Part shown: positions 26,359-35,441 of the stretch, in pieces
Layout of the letters: each line of letters starts with the position of its first letter
Numbering within the stretch: position 1 is the stretch's first letter
NCBI GenBank assembly: GCA_002396205.1
Contig: DGXB01000098.1
Location: 11,819-75,818, forward strand
DNA: 64,000 nt
Source of the DNA: Bacteroidales bacterium UBA4243
Lineage (GTDB): Bacteria; Bacteroidota; Bacteroidia; Bacteroidales; F082
Direction: 5' to 3'
Translations under genes and position numbers: made by a program
The notes under the pieces: model-generated
Databases searched by the model: none
Seen by the model: the letters and a program-made list of their open reading frames with translations, nothing else
What the model was told of the DNA's origin: nothing

Positions 26359-26868
26359 TTGCAAACGATGGACAGACATCAGTACAACCAGTGCGTGGAG
26401 CAATATGCCGACCGGCTTTTCCGCTTCGCGTTCGCGAGCCTCCGCAACCGCGAGCAGGCCGAGGACGTGGTGCAGGAGAGCTTTGCCCGCGTTTGGGAGA
26501 AGGCGAAGAACATAGACTTTGCCACGGCCAAGACCTACCTCTTCAGCACTGCCCACCATGCCATGATTGACGAAGTCCGTCGCAACCAACGCTTTGCGAG
26601 CCTGGAAGAACAAGCGCCGAACATCGAACAAGGGAGAAACACCCCCTATCCCGACGTGAACGACATCCTGCACAAGGCCATCGGCACCCTGCCCGAAGCG
26701 CAACGCAACGCCCTGCTCCTCCGCGACTACGAAGGCTATTCGTACCGCGAAATCGGCGACATCACCGGACAAAGCGAAGCACAGGTGAAGGTCAACATCT
26801 TCCGCGCCCGCACCGCGTTGAAAAACAAACTGAAAAGCATCGACAACCTCATAGACCCTGAGCCATGA
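26359..26868 (+). CDS. ECF-type RNA polymerase sigma-70 factor
   Basis: 169 aa with region 2 (AEDVVQESFARVW) and region 4 (LPEAQRNALLLRDYEGYSYREIGDITGQSEAQVKVNIFRAR). Confidence 0.9.
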   Translation: MQTMDRHQYNQCVEQYADRLFRFAFASLRNREQAEDVVQESFARVWEKAKNIDFATAKTYLFSTAHHAMIDEVRRNQRFASLEEQAPNIEQGRNTPYPDVNDILHKAIGTLPEAQRNALLLRDYEGYSYREIGDITGQSEAQVKVNIFRARTALKNKLKSIDNLIDPEP

Positions 26869-27695
26869 ACATCACTATTGACAACTACGAAGCCTACCTC
26901 CTTGATTATGTGGAGGGCAACCTCAGCGAAAGCGAGACGAAGCAACTGCGAGCTTTCGTCGTCGCACAAGGCCTGGACTGGGACGAACTCACCGAGGAAC
27001 TTCCGCATTTGGAAGCTCCTGCCCTTGCCTATGAAAACAAGGAAGGCCTGAAGAAAAAAGCAACGGTTATGCCGCTTTACGTCAAAATCGCCTCGGCTGC
27101 CGCCGCTGCGGGACTGCTGCTCACCGTCAGTTTGTGGCCCGAAAAGTCGTTGCCGAAAATGGAGCCAATTGCCGAGCTAAAACCCGTTGCCGCAACACGC
27201 ATCGAGAGGCCGCTGGATAGGCTTGCCTTGCAGACAAGGCCCACCCTATTCGTCAAACAGAATGTCGTGGTCGGAGAAAAAAACGTTGAAATTGAAAAGG
27301 TTGCCATGGAAAAAACAGAGATGCCACTTGTGGCCGAGTTGCCGTCCATCAAATCAGGAACGATGCAAATTGAAAGTTCCATTTCAGGTTTCATGGAGCC
27401 TGATTTCGACTATTTGGCCTATCGCATCAATGCAGGAATGGCTCTCGCACAATATGAAAACCATTCGTTTGAGGAAAACCTTGAAGATGAAGGCGTTTCC
27501 CTTATCGGCAAAGGTTTGCTTTGGCTGACGGGCGGTCGCCATTCGAGCTTCGCCAGCCTCATCAACTCGGGATTGAGACAAGCCAAGAAAGAGACCATCG
27601 AGGCCGCCACCGACATGGCCTTGGCCGCCTACCAACGCGCTGACGAACAGCTTGAGGAAGCCAAAGAACGTTGGGAGGAAAAACACGGGGAGTGA
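26865..27695 (+). CDS. Putative anti-sigma factor (single-pass membrane protein)
   Basis: 276 aa. It overlaps the sigma gene by ATGA. It has an N-terminal YLLDYVEGNLSESE anti-sigma-like helix and one TM segment (IASAAAAAGLLLTVSLW). Confidence 0.6.
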   Translation: MNITIDNYEAYLLDYVEGNLSESETKQLRAFVVAQGLDWDELTEELPHLEAPALAYENKEGLKKKATVMPLYVKIASAAAAAGLLLTVSLWPEKSLPKMEPIAELKPVAATRIERPLDRLALQTRPTLFVKQNVVVGEKNVEIEKVAMEKTEMPLVAELPSIKSGTMQIESSISGFMEPDFDYLAYRINAGMALAQYENHSFEENLEDEGVSLIGKGLLWLTGGRHSSFASLINSGLRQAKKETIEAATDMALAAYQRADEQLEEAKERWEEKHGE

Positions 27696-27696
27696 G

Positions 27697-27950
27697 TTTT
27701 TTTCACGCAGAACACGCAGAATTATGGGAAGCGCGAAGCGACGCTGTTTCTTCTCACGCAGAATGCGCAGAACCTTGGGAATGGTCGCCGCTTTGCGCCG
27801 ACACGCTTCGCGTCATTAAGCAAAACAAAGCAATCCAGAGAATAACATCCCTGGATTGCTTCGTCGTGCCTCCTCGCAATGACGCAAAGCGACGCAAAAA
27901 TGGTGTTCAGCAGGTTCCCACGATTCCCACAGTTCTGCGTGGAAAATAAT
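27697..27950. mobile_element. MITE-like composite repeat with terminal inverted repeats (no coding capacity)
   Basis: The left end tttttcacgcagaa(cacgcagaa)ttatgggaa (27697-27733) is repeated directly at 27750-27784. It is repeated inverted at 27924-27947, where the reverse complement reads ttttccacgcagaactgtgggaa. An internal hairpin aagcaatccag...ctggattgctt spans 27829-27861. Confidence 0.5.
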
Positions 27951-27989
27951 TTGTAGGTCACTACAATTTCTTCTTGAGAAAAATCAAAA

Positions 27990-29453
27990 TCAGAAATTGA
28001 TGCTGAACCCCAACATGAGCGGGTGCGCCTTGGCTGCATCCTGCCCTTCCATGAAGGTGGGGACAAGCGCGTAGTTGGCGAAGAAGCCCAAATTCTCGCC
28101 ACCGATACGGAACGAGGCATCACATTTGAACAGGTTGGTCAAGTAGTTGTTATAGGTCTTCACGTTGCTGCCGTCGGCATACTTGATGCGGGTCCAAGAG
28201 GCGAGGCGAATGCCGCCCGTCACGCCAAAGTCGATGTAGAAATGGCGCGTTGGCCTCACTTCGATCATCAGCGGGACTTGGGCATAGAGCAAGCCGAATT
28301 TACTATTCTTCACGGGGCGGTCGTCGGGCAGCAAAGTGTTGACCAACTCATTGTTTTCCACCGTCATCCTGATATAGTTCTTCCAGCTGTAGTTGTTCCA
28401 GCCGATGCCGATGCCCGTGAACAGGCCCACTGTGTGTTTCTTATTGAAAGCAATGCCCACATCGGCGATGTTGAAGCCGAAATACCAGCTGCGCATCGGA
28501 CGGATGGCCATCAAGTCGTCGGGGCCTGTGTAGGTGTTCATGGCCGACGGGTCGAGGAGCATATTCAAGCCTGCCTCGAAGCCGTTCCAATGGGCATCGA
28601 AGAGGAGGTTTCTTTTCTCGCCGCATTTCCTTTCTGAACTGTACTTGTAAGAAAACACTTCCTTGCGTCCATTAGACCAAATCTCGCCCGAACCTGTTGA
28701 GTTGAAACGCGATTGATCATAATGCAATTCAGGTATCCGCAAGTCGCCCGAACCAGTGAGCGTGGCGTTAATCATCTTGCATTGTCCCTTGAGCGTGACA
28801 TCGCCTGATCCAATCATTTTAATGTTGATGGTATCATAATCCACGTCCAACCTAATGTCGCCCGAACCTAACAGGACAATGTCGAGTGTGTTGCCCTTTA
28901 TCACGCCGCTGCCAATGACATCGCCGGAAGAGCAAAGGATGATCTTGTCAAGCTGCGGCATGGCGACATCATAATCACTTGAGCCTTTAAAAAACACATT
29001 GCCATCCACTACATACCTGTCGGAAGCGCCCATGTCGCCACTCGAGAGCGAGAATCCGTCCTGACTTTGCCTGATTGTCACATTGCCGGAACCTTCAACA
29101 GTAATGGAATGAGCCTGCGGATCATCATTCTTCAAAAGCTGATAGTTGAAGGACTTATCAAACTTGTCGCCCCACTTTTCCATCTCTTTCCCCCACTGCT
29201 CCATTTCCTTGCCCCATTGTTCCATGTCTCTCTCAAACGACTTCCAATCAATGGAATCCGAAAGATGCTGCATATTCATCCCCAGCTCGTGCATCCATTC
29301 GGAAAACTGCTCTTGCATTTGCGACAATTCAGCCTTTCGGCTCTTCATGATGCTATCCGTTTTGGGATCAATCGGTTTGGGCTCATTTACCTGCGCCTTC
29401 ATCGTTCCGAAGGCCAGCAGCAGCAAGGCTGCCAAAATCATTCTTTTTTTCAT
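27990..29453 (-). CDS. Secreted fusion of W-rich repeat, DUF2807/GIN (Toastrack-like) beta-helix and C-terminal outer-membrane beta-barrel
   Basis: 487 aa with a signal peptide. It contains 3 x EQWGKEM repeats, GSGD-type GIN repeats (GSGDIRL, GSGDVTLKG, GSGDLRI), and a C-terminal ~200 aa of alternating beta-strand pattern ending in ...GFSINF. Confidence 0.65.
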   Translation of the reverse strand: MKKRMILAALLLLAFGTMKAQVNEPKPIDPKTDSIMKSRKAELSQMQEQFSEWMHELGMNMQHLSDSIDWKSFERDMEQWGKEMEQWGKEMEKWGDKFDKSFNYQLLKNDDPQAHSITVEGSGNVTIRQSQDGFSLSSGDMGASDRYVVDGNVFFKGSSDYDVAMPQLDKIILCSSGDVIGSGVIKGNTLDIVLLGSGDIRLDVDYDTINIKMIGSGDVTLKGQCKMINATLTGSGDLRIPELHYDQSRFNSTGSGEIWSNGRKEVFSYKYSSERKCGEKRNLLFDAHWNGFEAGLNMLLDPSAMNTYTGPDDLMAIRPMRSWYFGFNIADVGIAFNKKHTVGLFTGIGIGWNNYSWKNYIRMTVENNELVNTLLPDDRPVKNSKFGLLYAQVPLMIEVRPTRHFYIDFGVTGGIRLASWTRIKYADGSNVKTYNNYLTNLFKCDASFRIGGENLGFFANYALVPTFMEGQDAAKAHPLMLGFSINF

Positions 29454-29531
29454 TTTATTGATGTTTTAGTTGTTTGTTGTTTTTCTTATCAACAAACGTA
29501 ATACGCAACAACAACAAAAAAGTTACAGCCC

Positions 29532-31841
29532 TCACTCAAAAAAAGCATGGAAATAGCATTTACGCTCGGCGGTGAGGGTGTCGCCTTCGGTCAGCTCCAG
29601 CTTCACGTAAACCTTTTGCAAATCGGCATTTCTCAAATAATCGCCTAAACCTTCCACGGCGTATTTCCGGTTCTCGTTGGCCTTCATCTCCACTTTCACT
29701 TTTTGCTCAAACTTTGGGTGGTCTACGAGCTCGTCGGATTTAAGGTCTTCAAAATCGTACACCGTGACGGACAGCTCGCCATCGATGTCGCGCAGCAAGT
29801 CGGAGGTGACGAAAACGCCATAGTCTTTCTGGTCGAGGCTCAAAAGCACGGGCGCGAAGAGCGTCTTCAGCCGCTCTTGCAGCACCTTGGGATGACCGTA
29901 ATAGTCGATGGACGACCACGAAGTCACAGGCCAGGCATCGTTGAGTTGCCAATAGAGCGTGCCCATGTTGTATGGCTTCGCCGTGCGGTGCGCCTCAATC
30001 GCAATCTCCATGCCGTAGGCCTGCGAGAGCTGGCTCAGATGCACATATTCCTCAAAGTCCTTGGGCTGTACATCAGGATAATACCGCTTAATGAAGTCGT
30101 CGATTTGCCGCGTGCCACGGGCATGTTTCTGGTGTGCAGCAATCACCTCAGCATCCTTGCCCAGCTCCTCCCCTTGCGCGATTTTCAGCAAGGTCTGGTA
30201 ATCGGGATAGCTTTGGTAGCCGTACTCGCTGTTGAAGCGACCCACCTTCTCACGATAGACCTCGTAAGGCAGTTCGCCCCACCAAACGCCCCAATAATGC
30301 ACATCGCCTTCGGTCAAACTTTCGGGACGGCCCCAGCCTTTCGAGGGCGAACTCGGCCAATAGGGGCGCGTGCCGTCGTACAAGGTCACCGCTTCTGGTA
30401 ATATGGTTTCAAAGAGTTGGTCGTATCCTGCCTTAATGGCCTGATCGTCTTCTTCCGACCAATTCAGCGACTTTTGCCAGCCCCAGTTATAGTAGCCTTC
30501 CGAGATCTCGTTTCCACCACACCACAAGGCCAACGACGGATGCGAAGCCAAGCGTCTCACCTGCTCCTCCGCCTCGATTCTGACGTTTTTCAAAAACGCT
30601 TCATCGTAAGGATACATCGTGCCGGCATACATGAAATCCTCCCAAACCAAGATGCCCAACGAGTCGCAGATGTTGAAGAAATCGTCGGAGGGATAGATGC
30701 CGCCGCCCCAAATGCGCAACATGTTGAAATGCGCATCTTTGGCTTGACGAAGCAGCTTCAGCGTGTTGTCGGGATTGATCCAGGTCTCAATCATCTCCTC
30801 GGGGACGTAGTTGGCGCCCTTGGCATAGAATGGCACGCCGTTCACCTTGAAATAGAACGCCCGCCCGATGCTGTCAGGCTCATCCACCATCTCGAAAGTG
30901 CGAATACCCGAGCGGAACGACCTTGAATCCACGACCTCACCGTCCAATTTCAGTTTTAGCTCGAAATCATACAAAGGTTGCTCGCCCATCTCGTTGGGCC
31001 ACCACAAACGAGGATGCTCGATCGTGATGGGCAAGTAAATTCCCTGATTTCCTTCTCTAAGTTCAACCTCAAATTGATAAGTTTTTTGCTGATCCACAGC
31101 GATTTCCACCTCCGCCAATGCACTGAACCTATCGCAGTATGCAAAGAAATAAAGCCAAAGATTGGCGCTATCGGCATCGGCGGCTTTGGTGACGGTATAA
31201 GCATCCTCCAACCACGCACTATTCCATTTCCTTGCGACCAACTTCACGGGTTTCCAAATGCCCACGTTCTTGTACTTCGGTGCCCAGTCCCAGCCGTGCT
31301 GGTAGGGTGCCTTGCGCGTGACGGCGTATCTTTCGGGCAAACGCGGCTGATGTTGCTCATACAAAGCCAATTGCGTGCTGTCATAACGAGGGAAATGCAC
31401 CGCAAGCAGGTTGTCTTTCTCTTTTAGATAGTCATTCACCCATTGCTTCCACGAGCGGAACTGGTTGTCGGCAAAAAAGAGTTTTTCTCCGTTCAGTTTC
31501 ACATCAGCGTATGTGTCAAGGCCTTCGAAAACCAACTCAACACAATAGTTTTCAAGCATTTCCTTGTCCACGTCGAAATGCAAGGTGTAGTCCCAAGGAT
31601 GGTCGGAAATCCAGAGCAATTGGTTCTCCACCGTGCCGAGATAGGGATGCGGTATCACGCTGTTTTCATAGAGGCTCTGCTGCACCACCGAGGGCACATC
31701 GACCTGCATATTAATATCTAAGGTGTCGCCCGCGAGCGTCCAGCCTTGGTTGAGGAGTTGCAGAACGACGTTGGGCTTTTCAACTTGTTGGCAGCCAACC
31801 AAGACGGCCAATGCAAATAAACAATACAGTACTTTTTTCAT
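29532..31841 (-). CDS. GH2 beta-mannosidase (lipoprotein)
   Basis: GH2 beta-mannosidase pattern (WWPNEMGEQPLYDF, NMLRIWGGGIYP, GGNEISEGY, NSEYGYQS). The track ORF starts at 31952. ATG 31841 is preferred because it gives the signal MKKVLYCLFALAVLVGC. Confidence 0.85.
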   Translation of the reverse strand: MKKVLYCLFALAVLVGCQQVEKPNVVLQLLNQGWTLAGDTLDINMQVDVPSVVQQSLYENSVIPHPYLGTVENQLLWISDHPWDYTLHFDVDKEMLENYCVELVFEGLDTYADVKLNGEKLFFADNQFRSWKQWVNDYLKEKDNLLAVHFPRYDSTQLALYEQHQPRLPERYAVTRKAPYQHGWDWAPKYKNVGIWKPVKLVARKWNSAWLEDAYTVTKAADADSANLWLYFFAYCDRFSALAEVEIAVDQQKTYQFEVELREGNQGIYLPITIEHPRLWWPNEMGEQPLYDFELKLKLDGEVVDSRSFRSGIRTFEMVDEPDSIGRAFYFKVNGVPFYAKGANYVPEEMIETWINPDNTLKLLRQAKDAHFNMLRIWGGGIYPSDDFFNICDSLGILVWEDFMYAGTMYPYDEAFLKNVRIEAEEQVRRLASHPSLALWCGGNEISEGYYNWGWQKSLNWSEEDDQAIKAGYDQLFETILPEAVTLYDGTRPYWPSSPSKGWGRPESLTEGDVHYWGVWWGELPYEVYREKVGRFNSEYGYQSYPDYQTLLKIAQGEELGKDAEVIAAHQKHARGTRQIDDFIKRYYPDVQPKDFEEYVHLSQLSQAYGMEIAIEAHRTAKPYNMGTLYWQLNDAWPVTSWSSIDYYGHPKVLQERLKTLFAPVLLSLDQKDYGVFVTSDLLRDIDGELSVTVYDFEDLKSDELVDHPKFEQKVKVEMKANENRKYAVEGLGDYLRNADLQKVYVKLELTEGDTLTAERKCYFHAFFE

Positions 31842-31989
31842 TGCTACTTTTCTCTTTTCCACAAAACTTGCAAAACCTTCAAAACTCATTTTGAGAGGAA
31901 AGTCACCAACCGGCTCCTTTCCGGCGGCAAGGCAGTTGCCGTGCCGCACCAAAAGCTTGTTTTGCCAGTTTTGTAGGTTTTGTTATGAA

Positions 31990-32724
31990 CTAAAACGGGT
32001 TCAAAATTTTTTCCATTTCGTAAATCAAATCGCGGTTCGACTCGGTCCAGACCATCGTGGCGCCTGTGGCGTCCTTTTGGTTGGGATAGAGTTTCTCGTT
32101 GAAGCGCGGCACCCAGTGGGCCAGCGAGGCGTGGCAATGCACCGCGCCCGTCATGTTGAGGATGTCCTTCACGTTGCCGAGGTTGATGCCGCCGCCCGGC
32201 ATGATGCCGATTTTGTCGCCATAGCGCAGTTGCATTTCGGCAATCATCGGGACGCCTTCGAGGGCCGTGGGCTTGCCGCCCGAAGTCAGGATTTTGTCGA
32301 AGCCGAGTCCAATCAATTGTTCGACGGCCTCGAAAGGCTTCACGCAAGCGTCGATGGCGCGGTGAAAAGTGAACTTCAGCCCCTCGCCCGCTCCCATCAG
32401 GGCCTTGATGGTCTCAACGTCAAGCTCGCCTTTGTCGTTCAGCGCCCCGATGACCACGCCCTCGAAGCCGAGCTTCTTGCAGAGCATGATGTCGGTCTTC
32501 ATCATCTCGACTTCCTCGTCGTCGTAGATGTAGTTGCCCGGTCGCGGACGGATGAGCACGCGCATGGGGATAAACGAGATGTCGATGGCCTTGGCCAAGG
32601 TGCCGAAAGAAGGGGTCACGCCGCCCACTTCGAGACATTCGCAAAGTTCGACGCACTGGGCGCAGCCGTCCATCGCGTTCTGCAACGACTTGATGCCGTT
32701 GGCACAGATTTCCAATCTTATCAT
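31990..32724 (-). CDS. cutC: CutC-family TIM-barrel protein
   Basis: MIRLEICANGIKSLQNAMDGCAQCVELCECLEVGGVTPSFG is typical of CutC. The internal ATG at 32724 is preferred over the track start at 32805. Confidence 0.85.
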   Translation of the reverse strand: MIRLEICANGIKSLQNAMDGCAQCVELCECLEVGGVTPSFGTLAKAIDISFIPMRVLIRPRPGNYIYDDEEVEMMKTDIMLCKKLGFEGVVIGALNDKGELDVETIKALMGAGEGLKFTFHRAIDACVKPFEAVEQLIGLGFDKILTSGGKPTALEGVPMIAEMQLRYGDKIGIMPGGGINLGNVKDILNMTGAVHCHASLAHWVPRFNEKLYPNQKDATGATMVWTESNRDLIYEMEKILNPF

Positions 32725-32794
32725 AGTTGTCAAATTTTTGGGGCAAAGATAGGGAATTTGTTGAAGGGTTGGGCGTTTAATTGTTGAATTGTTG

Positions 32795-32802
32795 TAATTT
32801 TG
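32795..32802 (+). promoter_or_regulatory. -7 box TAATTTTG (GH20 gene)
   Basis: TAnnTTTG match, 8 nt before ATG 32811. Confidence 0.45.
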
Positions 32803-32810
32803 CAATCATT

Positions 32811-35441
32811 ATGAGACACAAATTCCTTATCATCATCCTTTGCCTTATCGGCCTTTGCGCCACAGCGCAAAACACCCACATCCTCCCCACCCCGCAACAG
32901 ATAGAAACCACTGAGGGACAATTTGTTTGGGACGAGAACGTCGTCCTCACCTACGACGCCTCCGATGCCGAAATCAGCCAAATCGTGACGCTGTTTCGCA
33001 ACGACTTGGAGCAAATCAACCCGAAGAAAACCGTCTTTACGCGTGGCATCGTCAAAGGCAAACAGTTCATCGAACTCGTCAAGACCGACCACCTCGGCGT
33101 GAGCGAGAACGAGGACCAAGCCTACCGCCTGACCATCAACAGCAGCTTCATCCGCATGGAGGCCACCACCAACACGGGACTTTTCTATGCCACCCAAAGC
33201 CTCAAGCAGCTCTATCGCCATGCCTTCTTGAAAAGCGATGGAACCGCCGTCAGCCTGCCCTGCATGACCATCACCGACTGGCCCAACTTCAAGCTGCGCG
33301 GCTGGCAAGACGACATCAGCCGTGGGCCCATCGTCACCGTCGACTACCTGAAACACCTCATCCCGCAGCTGGCCGAATACAAGCTCAACTGCTTCTCGCT
33401 CTACACCGAACACACCTTCAAGACCAAATGCCACCCCGACATTGCGCCCGTCGATGCCTTCACCGCCGAGGAAATCAAGGAATTGGAGGCTTTTTGCAAG
33501 CCCTACCACATCCAAATCATTGGAAACCAACAGTGTTTCGGGCATTTTGAGGAAATCTTGTGCAATCCTTTCTACAGCCATTTGGCCGACACGAAATGGA
33601 ACCTCAACCCCGCCAACCCCGACACCTACAAATTCCTCGAAGACCATCTCCGCGAGGTGGCAAGAGCCTATAAATCACCTTATTTCAACATCAACTGCGA
33701 CGAAACCGAAAGCCTTGGGCAAGGCCATGCCAAGGCATACGTCGATTCTCTTGGAGCGGAAACGGTTTATTACCAACACATCAACCGCGTCAACAGGATG
33801 CTGCGCCCCTACCGCAAGCGCGTGATGATGTGGGGCGACATCGCCGACAAACACCCCGAAATCCTCGAAAATCTCGACAAAGACCTCTTCCTCATCGCCT
33901 GGACCTACGTCGCCAAGGACGACTTCAACGACTTTCTGCAACCTTATGTGAAATCGGGACGGTCGTTTTTCGTCGCGCCCGGCGTGAGCCTTTCCGAAAG
34001 GGTGTGGCCGAAGCACTACGAGTTTGTGTCGAACATCACCCATTTGTGCCGTGACGGCTACAAAAACGGTGCCTTGGGCGTCATCAACACCTGCTGGGAC
34101 GACTTTGGCGAATCGCTGACCAACAGTGCTTTATATGGTCTTGCCTTGGGTGCCGAGATGAGCTGGAACCCGCTGAAAGATGGCGACGACGAAATGGCCC
34201 AACGGCAAGTGGATGAGAATTTTTCGGCGCATAGTCTGGGTTGCATCGCCACCGAGCCATTGCAAAGTCTCAACGACATCTCCGAATGGACGAAATTCGA
34301 CGAAATCGGGAAATTCACGGCCATGACCGACCCGATGGTACCTTTCTATCCCGCCCTGATTGACACGACCTTCGAGCAACGCAACATCGAAGCCGTGGTT
34401 GAACTCGCCTTGGTTTCCAAGCAGTTGGGCGAGCGCAAAAGGCTTGTCAAGCGCAATGCCGACATCTTCGACAACGCCTTTTATGCCGTCCACCGCATGA
34501 AATGGTGCGCCAATCGCAACATCGCTCGTTGCCAACTCTACCGTACCTACAACGACCCCAGCGAAGCCAACATTGCCGAAAGCCAACGGATGCTCCGCGA
34601 CCTCACCGCCGAGCTGCACGAACTGAAGAAGGAGTACGTCAAAGTGTGGAACATCGAAAGCCGACCATATTGGTTGGATGTCAACATGAAGAAGTACGAC
34701 GACTTGGCCAAGGAGCTGCAACAACTTGAAAACCTTCCTTTCATCGAGACCACGACCGACGGAAACGGCAATGCCGCCATCGCACTGAAGACCATTTTTG
34801 GCCACAAAGAGATTCATTATACCCTTGATGGAAAAGAAGTTACACCCACAGATTCAGTTTACCAGAAACCCATCGTCCTTGAGCGGCCTTGTCTCGTCAA
34901 AGCGGCGTGTTTCAACGAAGTGGGCGAGCCAATCTGCAACGAGCGTTATTTTTGCCATCACAAAGGCATGGGCCGACTGAAAAAGCTCAACAGTCCGGCA
35001 GGCAACTACCGTCCCGAATACTCAGGCGGCGGCGACGCGGCCCTGCTCGACGGCAGCCTCGGCACCGACGACTACAAGGACGGTCGCTGGCAAGGCTTCT
35101 ACGGCACCGATGCCGACATCGAAATTGACTTGGGCAAGTGGACAAAAGTCAATGCGCTGAATATCGGCTTCTTGGTGAACGCCTATGATTGGATCCTCTG
35201 CCCCACCGAAATCGAAATATACGGTTCCTACGACGGGAAGAACTACACCCTTCGCGGCACCTTCCCCATCACCACCGAAGTGACAAAAGAAGGCAATTTC
35301 ATCTTCCGCGAGCGCTTCGACATCCCCATCTCGACCCGTCTGCTGCGCGTCGTGGTGAAAAACGCCGGCAAGATTCCCGAAGGCTATCCTGGCACGGGGT
35401 TCGACTCTTGGATTTTCATGGATGAAATCATCGTGGAATAA
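32811..35441 (+). CDS. GH20 beta-N-acetylhexosaminidase with C-terminal F5/8 type C (discoidin) domain
   Basis: Signal peptide MRHKFLIIILCLIGLCATAQ. GH20 catalytic-barrel pattern (RGWQDDISRGP..., FNINCDETESLG). The C-terminal ~150 aa are discoidin-like. A -7 box lies at 32795-32802. Confidence 0.8.
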   Translation: MRHKFLIIILCLIGLCATAQNTHILPTPQQIETTEGQFVWDENVVLTYDASDAEISQIVTLFRNDLEQINPKKTVFTRGIVKGKQFIELVKTDHLGVSENEDQAYRLTINSSFIRMEATTNTGLFYATQSLKQLYRHAFLKSDGTAVSLPCMTITDWPNFKLRGWQDDISRGPIVTVDYLKHLIPQLAEYKLNCFSLYTEHTFKTKCHPDIAPVDAFTAEEIKELEAFCKPYHIQIIGNQQCFGHFEEILCNPFYSHLADTKWNLNPANPDTYKFLEDHLREVARAYKSPYFNINCDETESLGQGHAKAYVDSLGAETVYYQHINRVNRMLRPYRKRVMMWGDIADKHPEILENLDKDLFLIAWTYVAKDDFNDFLQPYVKSGRSFFVAPGVSLSERVWPKHYEFVSNITHLCRDGYKNGALGVINTCWDDFGESLTNSALYGLALGAEMSWNPLKDGDDEMAQRQVDENFSAHSLGCIATEPLQSLNDISEWTKFDEIGKFTAMTDPMVPFYPALIDTTFEQRNIEAVVELALVSKQLGERKRLVKRNADIFDNAFYAVHRMKWCANRNIARCQLYRTYNDPSEANIAESQRMLRDLTAELHELKKEYVKVWNIESRPYWLDVNMKKYDDLAKELQQLENLPFIETTTDGNGNAAIALKTIFGHKEIHYTLDGKEVTPTDSVYQKPIVLERPCLVKAACFNEVGEPICNERYFCHHKGMGRLKKLNSPAGNYRPEYSGGGDAALLDGSLGTDDYKDGRWQGFYGTDADIEIDLGKWTKVNALNIGFLVNAYDWILCPTEIEIYGSYDGKNYTLRGTFPITTEVTKEGNFIFRERFDIPISTRLLRVVVKNAGKIPEGYPGTGFDSWIFMDEIIVE

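Noticed and set aside
31842-31952. N-terminal extensions of track ORFs. Examples are the starts at 31952, 32805, 32781, 41443, 42229, 42807, 44482, 51888, 53666, 56036, 55956, 57076, 57961 and 63265.
   Set aside because: - In each case an internal ATG gives a canonical signal peptide or the conserved family N-terminus.
- The extension either overlaps the neighbouring gene, a -7 box or a repeat, or starts at a non-ATG codon.
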